From an uncultured archaeon (GTDB taxonomy: Archaea > Asgardarchaeota > Lokiarchaeia > Sigyniarchaeales > SOKP01), in contig CAZOYD010000075.1 in the NCBI GenBank assembly GCA_964583985.1, forward strand, positions 1-15,588: a stretch of 15,588 nucleotides of DNA, given 5' to 3'. The notes beneath the pieces are model-generated. The model did not search any database. It saw only the letters and a program-made list of their open reading frames with translations, and was not told where the DNA came from. The first letter of the stretch is position 1; every line of letters begins with the position of its first letter. A program made the position numbers and the translations under genes. Positions 1 through 7,389 of the stretch are shown one piece after another.

Positions 1-1
1 A

Positions 2-1213
2 TGCATCCAAAGGTGTATGGGGTGTGATGCAGCCAATGCTGTATATAATGTTAGCTATGAGGCTGATAAATTAAACAATGGTGAAACTAAATATCACGAA
101 AACTTTAAAAAATGGATGGAACGATTTCAAAGAGAAGATTTAATTGCTGCGTGTGCTCAAACGGATGTTAAAGGGGATCGGATAAAGCGACCTGCTGAAC
201 AAGAAGATCCCGATATGTATGTTCATGTCTTGGAAAAAAAAAATGACGGAATTATTGTGAGTGGATGCAAATTGCACATATCAGAAGCCTCAGTTTCTGA
301 TGAAATATTAGTAGTGCCTACAAGATCGTTGAGACCAGAAGATAAGGACTATGCAGTTGCTTTTGCAATCCCAGGTGATTATGAAGGTGTAAAACAAGTT
401 GTCACTATTCACAATTTTAGGGAGAGAGAACATTTCAAGAGAGGTTTTATGGGAGGAGCCACGGATTCATATATAATTTTTGATAACGTTTTCATTCCTT
501 GGGAGAGAGTGTTTCTTTGTGGGGAATATCAACATGCGGGTGCTCTTGCGTTGCTATTTGCATTATTTCATCGACACAGCTATTCGGGGTGTAAACCAGC
601 AATAGGAGATTTAATGGTAGGTACGGCTGCATTAGCCGCTGAATATAATAACATTCATAAGGTTTCCCATGTAAGAGAAAAATTGGCAGAACTGATCATG
701 GTTACGGAACTTGGCTATGCGGCCGGGTATACTGCATCTGATCTCGGCAAACCAGAAATTTACATGCCAGGTTTAGGGTTTATTCCATATGGTCCAGGAA
801 GTTATATACCTAATTCTATTTATTGTAACGTAGGAAGATGCTTAACTGGAGAGAATGTATATCGTGAAGCGGAAATTTTATGTGATATCTCTGGAGGTAT
901 TCCAGCTACTTTCCCTCATGAGAGAGACTTCTTAAATTCAGAATTGAAGGATTATCTTTATAAATACATCACAAGAAATCCAAAAATAGCACCTTATAAT
1001 GCAGCACAATTCTGGCGCTATGTTGGAGACATGCTTTGTTCAGCAACGGGAGGGATATATCAAGTTGGAGGTTATCACGGTGGAGGTTCCCCCGTAATGG
1101 AACAAATTGCCATCACATCACAATATGATATAGAATCCAGAAAAACAATGGTAAAGAAAATTGCGGGAATCAATGACCAACTCAATGTTAAGCAAAAAAA
1201 GACCCGAAATTAG
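2..1213 (+). CDS. abfD: 4-hydroxybutyryl-CoA dehydratase / 4-hydroxyphenylacetate 3-hydroxylase family FAD + [4Fe-4S] protein, 5'-truncated by the window edge
   Basis: The frame is open from base 2 and reads CIQRCMGCDA, matching CFQRCVGMDA of Clostridium aminobutyricum AbfD (Cys99/Cys103), so ATG 17 is internal. Other family motifs: TDVKGDR, FDNVFIPWERVFL, HRHSYSGCK at 569-595 (His292/Tyr296/Cys299/Lys300 equivalents) and HGGGSP. The family is secure, the substrate is not. Confidence 0.85.
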   Translation, partial: CIQRCMGCDAANAVYNVSYEADKLNNGETKYHENFKKWMERFQREDLIAACAQTDVKGDRIKRPAEQEDPDMYVHVLEKKNDGIIVSGCKLHISEASVSDEILVVPTRSLRPEDKDYAVAFAIPGDYEGVKQVVTIHNFREREHFKRGFMGGATDSYIIFDNVFIPWERVFLCGEYQHAGALALLFALFHRHSYSGCKPAIGDLMVGTAALAAEYNNIHKVSHVREKLAELIMVTELGYAAGYTASDLGKPEIYMPGLGFIPYGPGSYIPNSIYCNVGRCLTGENVYREAEILCDISGGIPATFPHERDFLNSELKDYLYKYITRNPKIAPYNAAQFWRYVGDMLCSATGGIYQVGGYHGGGSPVMEQIAITSQYDIESRKTMVKKIAGINDQLNVKQKKTRN

Positions 1214-1223
1214 TTTTAGAAAC

Positions 1224-1272
1224 AAAATTAGTAATCTAATTTTTACTTAATTTTATTTTTCCGTTTTCTTTT
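1224..1272. terminator. Probable terminator region between convergent genes
   Basis: Perfect inverted repeat AAAATTAG-taat-CTAATTTT at 1224-1243, followed by T-rich tracts on +. The A-rich tract near 1293-1309 reads as T-rich for the minus-strand operon. Confidence 0.45.
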
Positions 1273-1316
1273 AATTCCAAAATTATTTTAGTTAAAAAAG
1301 AAATAAAAATATGAGA

Positions 1317-1715
1317 TTATTTTTTGGTTTGAGACTTGATATAGGATACGATATCTGAAGTCATTGATCCTGGGCCAAATACATTTCCTACACCCATCTC
1401 TTTTAATTTATCAAAATCTTGAGCGGGAATTACACCGCCAACTACGATCAATATATTGTCAAAAACACCTTTTTCTTTCAAAATATCTATCAGTTGTTGA
1501 GTGTAAGCAAAATGGGCACCCGAATGAATACTCAAACCAATGACATCCACATCTTCTTGAATTGCGGCTTCTGCAATTTCTCGAACATTTTGAAATCCTC
1601 CAAAAATGAGTTCCATTCCAGCATCTCTTAAAGCACGTGAAACTACGATGCCCCCTCTCCAGTGACCATCAATCCCAGGTTTACTCATTAATACTCTAAT
1701 TTTATTTTCTGACAT
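1317..1715 (-). CDS. Acyl-CoA mutase small (cobalamin-binding) subunit
   Basis: Base-off/His-on B12 motif DxHxxG (DGHWRG), plus GLSIHSGAH and VGGVIP. 132 aa, 25 bp downstream of the large subunit, SD-like GAGGGAA upstream. Confidence 0.93.
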   Translation of the reverse strand: MSENKIRVLMSKPGIDGHWRGGIVVSRALRDAGMELIFGGFQNVREIAEAAIQEDVDVIGLSIHSGAHFAYTQQLIDILKEKGVFDNILIVVGGVIPAQDFDKLKEMGVGNVFGPGSMTSDIVSYIKSQTKK

Positions 1716-1740
1716 TTAGTTTCCCTCTTATTTTCTCCTA

Positions 1741-3414
1741 TTAAATTGCCAATGGAGGTTCCCAGATACCGTAAATTTCTCGATATATATCACAAATCTC
1801 CTGAATCGTTGCACCTTCCTTAGTTGCTTCCATAATAACGGGCATTACATTTTCTTCCTTTTCACAGACTTTCCTAAGTTCATCTAAGATTCTCTCCAAT
1901 TTTGCATTATCCCTGCGCTCTTTGAGCTTTTTGATTCTATCCAATTCAATTTGGATGCTCTCGGGGTTTGTTCTGAAGACATCTGTACACGTATCATATG
2001 GCACCTTGTATTTGTTTACTCCAATCATTATTTCGTCTCCATTTTCAATTTTAGTTCTTCTCTTATGGAAAGCATCACGCATTTCTTTATAGAGCCAACC
2101 TGACGAGAGTGCTTTATCAATAGTTCCAACTTTTTCAATTTTAGCTAAATAATTCCATACTTTTTCTTCAATTTCGTCGGTTAACCATTCAACATAATAA
2201 GAGCCTGCCAATGGATCAATCGTGTTTGTTATTCTTGTTTCATCTGCAATAACTTGTTGGGTTCTTAATGCAACAAGAGCAGCAGCTTCACTAGGTAAGC
2301 AAATGGCTTCATCATATGAATTGGTGTGTAAAGATTGGCAACCGCCTATGTTCGCTTCTAGTCCTTGAATTGCTGTTCGTACTATGTTAATCATTGGTAA
2401 TTGTGCTGTTAAGGAACTTCCTGCAGTTTGCACGTGAAATCTGAATTGTAGAGAATGTTGATCTTGCGCATTATATCTATCTTTCATTAAAGTTGCCCAA
2501 ATTCTCCTTGCGGCACGATATTTAGCAATTTCTTCAAAGAAATCCTTATGAGCTGCTAGATGAAATGCTAATCGATTTACAAAATCATCAATCTTCCACC
2601 CTCGAGCAATCAAGTTATCAATATGAGAAATAGCACTGGCAAACACAAAACCTAATTCTTGAACAGCATCAATTCCTCCTTCACGATAATTGTACCCTGT
2701 GAAGTTGATAGGATGCCATTTTGGTACATTTTTTTGTGGAACCGTCCATTCGATGAAATCGCAAGCTAAACGCAATAAGTGATTAGGAGGACAATTTTTG
2801 TAAGGAATATACCCCACAGTCATGGTCAAAATGTCATTCTGAGTTGTTCCTATCAATTTAGATATGTCATAACCTCGTATTTTAGCCATATTAAAATACA
2901 TGGCACAAACAGGTGCACAAGTGAAAGGCTCCACAACCAGAGCCACGCTTACCTTATCAATTGGTATATCTTTCGCAAGTGCAAATAAGGAGTCAATACA
3001 ATATAGAGGAACTCCACTAGTTCCTACTTCAGGGGCACCATCGCGATTTGTTGGATCAATTCCATTAAATGTTAAAGCATCCACAGCTGCACTAAATCCA
3101 GTTTCACCATTTTCATAGAGATATTTCCATCTTTTATTAGTTTCTTCAGGAGTTCCGTGACCTGAAAATAGACGCATTGTCCACAATCTTCCTCTATACA
3201 TATTAGGATAAACTCCTCGAGTGTATGGAAATTGCCCCGGAAAGTTGATCTTCTCAAAATAATCTCCTTTCACATCAAGTGGAGTGTATAAATTCTTTAT
3301 TGGTATGCCGGAATCTGTTTCAAATTTTATGTCACGTTCTTTCGAATTCCTAGCTAGTTGTTCCCAGTTTTCTTTTTCCTTTTTTACTTTCTCTAAAAAG
3401 TTTTTATCATACAA
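1741..3414 (-). CDS. Methylmalonyl-CoA mutase family large (substrate-binding) subunit, specificity atypical
   Basis: Motifs PGQFPYTRG, WTMR, GTTQNDIL, HVQTAG, QSLHTNSYDEA and DPLAGSYYVE. TTG start preceded by GTGA. 557 aa, no fused B12 domain. Confidence 0.93.
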   Translation of the reverse strand: MYDKNFLEKVKKEKENWEQLARNSKERDIKFETDSGIPIKNLYTPLDVKGDYFEKINFPGQFPYTRGVYPNMYRGRLWTMRLFSGHGTPEETNKRWKYLYENGETGFSAAVDALTFNGIDPTNRDGAPEVGTSGVPLYCIDSLFALAKDIPIDKVSVALVVEPFTCAPVCAMYFNMAKIRGYDISKLIGTTQNDILTMTVGYIPYKNCPPNHLLRLACDFIEWTVPQKNVPKWHPINFTGYNYREGGIDAVQELGFVFASAISHIDNLIARGWKIDDFVNRLAFHLAAHKDFFEEIAKYRAARRIWATLMKDRYNAQDQHSLQFRFHVQTAGSSLTAQLPMINIVRTAIQGLEANIGGCQSLHTNSYDEAICLPSEAAALVALRTQQVIADETRITNTIDPLAGSYYVEWLTDEIEEKVWNYLAKIEKVGTIDKALSSGWLYKEMRDAFHKRRTKIENGDEIMIGVNKYKVPYDTCTDVFRTNPESIQIELDRIKKLKERRDNAKLERILDELRKVCEKEENVMPVIMEATKEGATIQEICDIYREIYGIWEPPLAI

Positions 3415-3569
3415 TTAAAAATCACACTGGTTATATTATATTACTAAATAGTAGTAGTTCAAATTTAATTAGAATTATGAAAATAATTTTTTTTATACAA
3501 AAAACAATTTTAAGAATTCACTATATATTCCTTATTTATTTTGTTAATTGGTTAAATTAAAAAAAAAGA

Positions 3570-3755
3570 TTAAGGTTGAGAGAATATTTTCTCTATTCGT
3601 TTTGGTAGGAGAAAACCAATAAAGAAAAAAATTGCGCTTATAATTAAGATTAATCGTGTAACTATCAGAGTTATTGTATTAAGAGGTATAGCCGCGTCAA
3701 GAAATGTTCCAATTGTAAAAGACACGAACGCAGCCAATAGAAACTTCCCTTCCAG
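3570..3755 (-). pseudogene. C-terminal fragment (two TM helices) of a membrane protein
   Basis: GKFLLAAFVSFTIGTFLDAAIPLNTITLIVTRLILIISAIFFFIGFLLPKRIEK has two hydrophobic helices and a basic tail. The nominal N-terminus (MTDFFLRR, TTG 3782) is simply the antisense of the DUF1801 remnant on +. Confidence 0.5.
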
Positions 3756-4040
3756 AAATCGCCTTAAAAAGAAATCTGTCAAAAATTAAGAGAAATCATA
3801 TTAAAGGAATTCTCAAATATAGAAGAAAGAATGAAGTATGGAGTTCCATATTATGATGATAAATATTACATTGTAGCTCTGAAAAATCACGTTAATTTGG
3901 GAGTTTCAATTAAAAATTTAAATAATGAAGAGATTAAATTATTTGAAGGAGCTGGCACCATAATGCGACATTTTAAAATTAATTCTCTCGAAGATATTAA
4001 TGAACAAAAAATCGTTGGTCTGCTAAGATTGATTAAGTAA
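3753..4040 (+). pseudogene. DUF1801 (YdhG-like) domain gene, 5'-truncated with an in-frame stop
   Basis: In frame with ATG 3831 the upstream sequence reads QKSP*KEICQKLREIILKEFSNIEER-MKYGVPYY...HVNLG...LFEGAGTIMRHFKI. This is the DUF1801 pattern (LR..I, KYGVP.Y, HVNLG, EG.G..MRH). TAA at 3765-3767. Confidence 0.7.
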
Positions 4041-4141
4041 GAACTTAAGTAAATACAAAATCAATAGTTTACATTCAATAGGAATTCCTAAAAATTGGAC
4101 TTATAAAATCTTATATAAAATTATGCTAATTTGATATTAGT

Positions 4142-4945
4142 ATGACTCTCCATAATGTTGTTAATAAATATGCACTTACTCTTTTCTTTATACTCAGTTA
4201 TTCTCTCATGATATTTCCAACAATAATTTACATGCTTGGATATCTTCCCGATTTAATGATTGTTATAATGATTTGGAGCCCAACTATTGCAGGTATTATA
4301 ATATCAATTCTAATAGGGGAATGGAATGAATTAAAAAAATTCTTGGGTGGGTTTCTTAAATGGAAAATTGGTATAAAATGGTATATTGCTGGATTTACCC
4401 TAATGATTGGTCCATTGATTTTCGCTGGATTTTACCTACTTATTAGTGGTTCCTCCCCGACTCCTGTTCCCGGATTATCATTTCCTACAATAATAATTAA
4501 TTTATTTCTTTGTTTAATTAGAGGACCCTTGAGCGAAGAAGCAGGTTGGCGTGGTTTTGCCTTACCAAGACTCCAAAAAAAATTCAATGCTTTAGTATCA
4601 AGCATAATTTTGGGTGTAATTTGGGCATTTTGGCACGTACCCTTATATTTTATTGAAGCAAGGATGCCTTTCTATATTTTTATAGCCCTTGTTCTTGTTA
4701 TTTCAATTCTAATGACTTGGGGCTATAATAATACACAAGGCAGTTTGATATGTACGATTATTTTCCATTTTAGTTTTAATTTTAATGGAGCTTTCATTAC
4801 GGGGTTATTTGGATTATTGCCGATGATGGTGTTTTATATTGGAGGAGGAATTATGATTGGAATATACGTGTTAATAGTTATCATTTATGCTGGACCAAAG
4901 AAACTTTCTCGAAAACCAGATTCAGAATTGATTTTTAATACGTAA
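4142..4945 (+). CDS. CPBP family (CAAX/Abi) intramembrane glutamic endopeptidase
   Basis: Multi-TM protein with the three family motifs: SEEAGWRG (EExxxR), WAFWH (F/WxxxH) and HFSFN (HxxxN). Confidence 0.92.
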   Translation: MTLHNVVNKYALTLFFILSYSLMIFPTIIYMLGYLPDLMIVIMIWSPTIAGIIISILIGEWNELKKFLGGFLKWKIGIKWYIAGFTLMIGPLIFAGFYLLISGSSPTPVPGLSFPTIIINLFLCLIRGPLSEEAGWRGFALPRLQKKFNALVSSIILGVIWAFWHVPLYFIEARMPFYIFIALVLVISILMTWGYNNTQGSLICTIIFHFSFNFNGAFITGLFGLLPMMVFYIGGGIMIGIYVLIVIIYAGPKKLSRKPDSELIFNT

Positions 4946-5007
4946 AATTACGTCTTTATCTCTTTAATAATTTCCTTTTTCTTTCTAATTAAAAAACATC
5001 TTGTTAG

Positions 5008-5038
5008 TTTCTTTCTTTTTAAATCTAAAAGAAAGAAA
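5008..5038. terminator. 12-bp perfect inverted repeat, possible terminator hairpin
   Basis: TTTCTTTCTTTT (5008-5019), 7-nt loop, AAAAGAAAGAAA (5027-5038), about 60 bp after the CPBP stop. Confidence 0.4.
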
Positions 5039-5211
5039 TAGAAGATTAAAAGCGATTATGTCAAATCGAATTTATAATTCTGGGAAACTTTTCTGTTCTT
5101 CTCATTATTTCCACGTCTCATTCGATTTATGAAATTGAATGTAAAACTTTATAATAAAGCCTACAAGAATTTTAACTTATATGGAAGAATAATATTCATA
5201 AGTGTTAAGGA

Positions 5212-6657
5212 GTGTTAATTAGCGCAATAATAATCATATCATGCTTTATCGGAGTTATAATCTTTATTATTACTGAAAAAGTAAATAGAGCAATCATCTC
5301 ACTGATAGGAGCTATGATTACTTATTTTGTTTTGGTTTTCATCGAAAGTCTTAATTTTACTGTCATAGTTGAATTATTATTTGGGTCTGAAAGTGATGGA
5401 TTCGTGAATCTTCATTCACTAATATTGATTATAGGGATGATGATCATTGTCCAGATTTCAAACCAAGCAGGAGTATTTCAATTTATTGCAAGTAAATTAA
5501 TCAAATTTTCAGGAGGTAATCCTATAAAATTAATGATTATCTTTTGCTCAGTTACAGTTTTAATTTCAGCAATTTTAAATAATATACTTACAGTTATTAT
5601 TCTAATCCCTCTTACAATTACGGTATCTCGCATTCTGAACATTAATCCTTCTCCCTATATTCTAACTCAAGCAGTATTAGTCAATGTTGGGGGAACTGTC
5701 TTTTCAATCTCATCCATACCAAACATTTTAATTACATCTTATACCGGAATAGATTTCTTAGAATTCTTTCTGAATGTTGGACTGATATCCTTGGTTATAT
5801 TTGTCTTGACGACTCTTTTTTTTGTCATAATTTACAGGAAGGATTTAGTCATCCCAGAGGGGGGAGAAAAGACCTTAGAAGAATTTAACGTATGGAACGT
5901 GGTCCAAAACAAGAATTTATTATATAAATGTTCTATCGTTCTCATTGTTCTATTCGTACTATTTATGATTGTTCCATCCAATATTTTGCCTCCAGATATG
6001 ATCGCTCTGAGTCTAGCACTCATTTTAATAATTATAAGCAAGCTTGATGAAAAAGAGATAATTTCAAGCATAGATTTTGAATTGATATTCTATTTATTAG
6101 GAATCTTTGTCATTGCGGGTGGTTTAGAATTAACAGGAGTTACTGAAGCCATTGGAGTAGCTCTCTTAAGCGTTGGAGATGTCAGTTTATATATTCAGAT
6201 ACTTATTGTTTTATGGTTCTCTGCGTATTTAAGTAGTGCCATTGATAATATTCCAATTACAAAAGTACTCATACCTAGCATAGGTCAAATAGCTCAAAGT
6301 TTACCTGTTTCAGAGAGAAATAAAGTATTTTATAGTTTAGCTTTTGGTGCTAATTGGGGTGATAATCTAACACCTTTAGGAGATAATATACTTGTCGTAA
6401 ATATAGCCGAAAGGAACAAACGTCCGATTAGTTTTAAACTATTTTTCAAGTTAGGATTTATCACAACAAATTATCAATTATTAATACTCTCTGTTTATTT
6501 CACCTTTCTCGATAATATTATTAATGGCATATTTGTATCAATAATTTGTTTTGCAGCAATCTTGATTGTGACTATATTGAGTAAAAAAGGCCCGAAAAAA
6601 ATAAGAACAAACTTAAACAAAATTCTAGAAAAGGTTCGAAATTTTATAATAAGGTGA
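5212..6657 (+). CDS. ArsB/NhaD/SLC13 (ion transporter superfamily, P-protein-like) permease
   Basis: Many hydrophobic segments; motifs LIIGMMII, SAILNN, NVGGT, IDFELIFYLLGIFVI, SSAIDNIP and LAFGANWGDNLTPLG. GTG start. Confidence 0.85.
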   Translation: MLISAIIIISCFIGVIIFIITEKVNRAIISLIGAMITYFVLVFIESLNFTVIVELLFGSESDGFVNLHSLILIIGMMIIVQISNQAGVFQFIASKLIKFSGGNPIKLMIIFCSVTVLISAILNNILTVIILIPLTITVSRILNINPSPYILTQAVLVNVGGTVFSISSIPNILITSYTGIDFLEFFLNVGLISLVIFVLTTLFFVIIYRKDLVIPEGGEKTLEEFNVWNVVQNKNLLYKCSIVLIVLFVLFMIVPSNILPPDMIALSLALILIIISKLDEKEIISSIDFELIFYLLGIFVIAGGLELTGVTEAIGVALLSVGDVSLYIQILIVLWFSAYLSSAIDNIPITKVLIPSIGQIAQSLPVSERNKVFYSLAFGANWGDNLTPLGDNILVVNIAERNKRPISFKLFFKLGFITTNYQLLILSVYFTFLDNIINGIFVSIICFAAILIVTILSKKGPKKIRTNLNKILEKVRNFIIR

Positions 6658-6663
6658 AAAAAA

Positions 6664-7287
6664 ATGGTATTTAAGAATATATCTCGAATTAAAGCAGCTT
6701 TACCAGAAGTAATGCATGTGGTTATGTTCTACGACAATGGAACGATTTTCCAAACCACTTTTGAACAGGACATTAACATTCCAAAATTGGGTGAAAATTT
6801 AGCTGAAGTGCTAAATCATATGAGAAAATTATATGAAATCAGTCAAATTTCCCTAAAAAGTTATGAAAAAATCATATTTGAAACTGATAACATCTCCATT
6901 ATGATCCTCAAACTAGGAGAAGAAAGTAATATTGCTCTTTTTTTCCTTAAAAAAGAAGTAGATGATGGATTAAAAATTAGTAATATCAGGAGATACCTGA
7001 AAAGAATCGAAGATATGATTGATATGGATAAAATGGAGATAGGTTTTCAAGAAATCCTTAATAAGGAAGAGGAATTAAAAAAATTAGAAGAAAATGGCAA
7101 AGAGATCCAAGAAGTAATTATTAATTTACGAGAAAAGGAGTCTGAGTTTGATAAAGAAGAACTTAATCAAAAAATTTCTTCATCCAATGAGGAATATGAG
7201 AATCTCTTGGTAGTAATGGATAAACTGAAGGAAGAAATTTCCCTATTAAAAAGTAAATTTCAACAAAAATCAGATAGTACAGAATAA
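6664..7287 (+). CDS. Hypothetical protein: roadblock/longin-like N-terminal domain plus C-terminal acidic coiled coil
   Basis: The first ~120 residues suggest helix-beta-beta-helix-beta-beta-beta-helix (VMHVVMFYDNGTIFQT; YEKIIFETDNISIMILKLGEESNIALFF). The remainder is E/K-rich heptads. SD AGGTGA overlaps the upstream stop codon (6-bp gap). Confidence 0.65.
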   Translation: MVFKNISRIKAALPEVMHVVMFYDNGTIFQTTFEQDINIPKLGENLAEVLNHMRKLYEISQISLKSYEKIIFETDNISIMILKLGEESNIALFFLKKEVDDGLKISNIRRYLKRIEDMIDMDKMEIGFQEILNKEEELKKLEENGKEIQEVIINLREKESEFDKEELNQKISSSNEEYENLLVVMDKLKEEISLLKSKFQQKSDSTE

Positions 7288-7389
7288 TCACCATTTGTCT
7301 CCTTATTCGATAAACTTCTAATCCAAAATCTAATATTTTATATAGATTTAACCATAATTTTAAGTAAAAAAAAAATGTGAATTGAGAAA

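Noticed and set aside
1419-3257. ORF-track entries 1419..1631, 2779..2988, 2900..3118 and 3072..3257
   Set aside because: Shadow or alternate-frame ORFs inside the well-supported mutase genes, with no recognisable motifs.
2-3414. Assignment to the 3-hydroxypropionate/4-hydroxybutyrate carbon-fixation cycle
   Set aside because: The mutase lacks Tyr89/Arg207 equivalents, the dehydratase lacks the Glu455 equivalent, and no carboxylase, epimerase or reductases are present in the window.
3448-3456. Shared 9-mer TACTACTAT upstream of the mutase (minus strand) and of the acyl-CoA dehydrogenase (11307-11315)
   Set aside because: A 9-bp AT-rich match is expected by chance, and the flanking symmetry is not shared.
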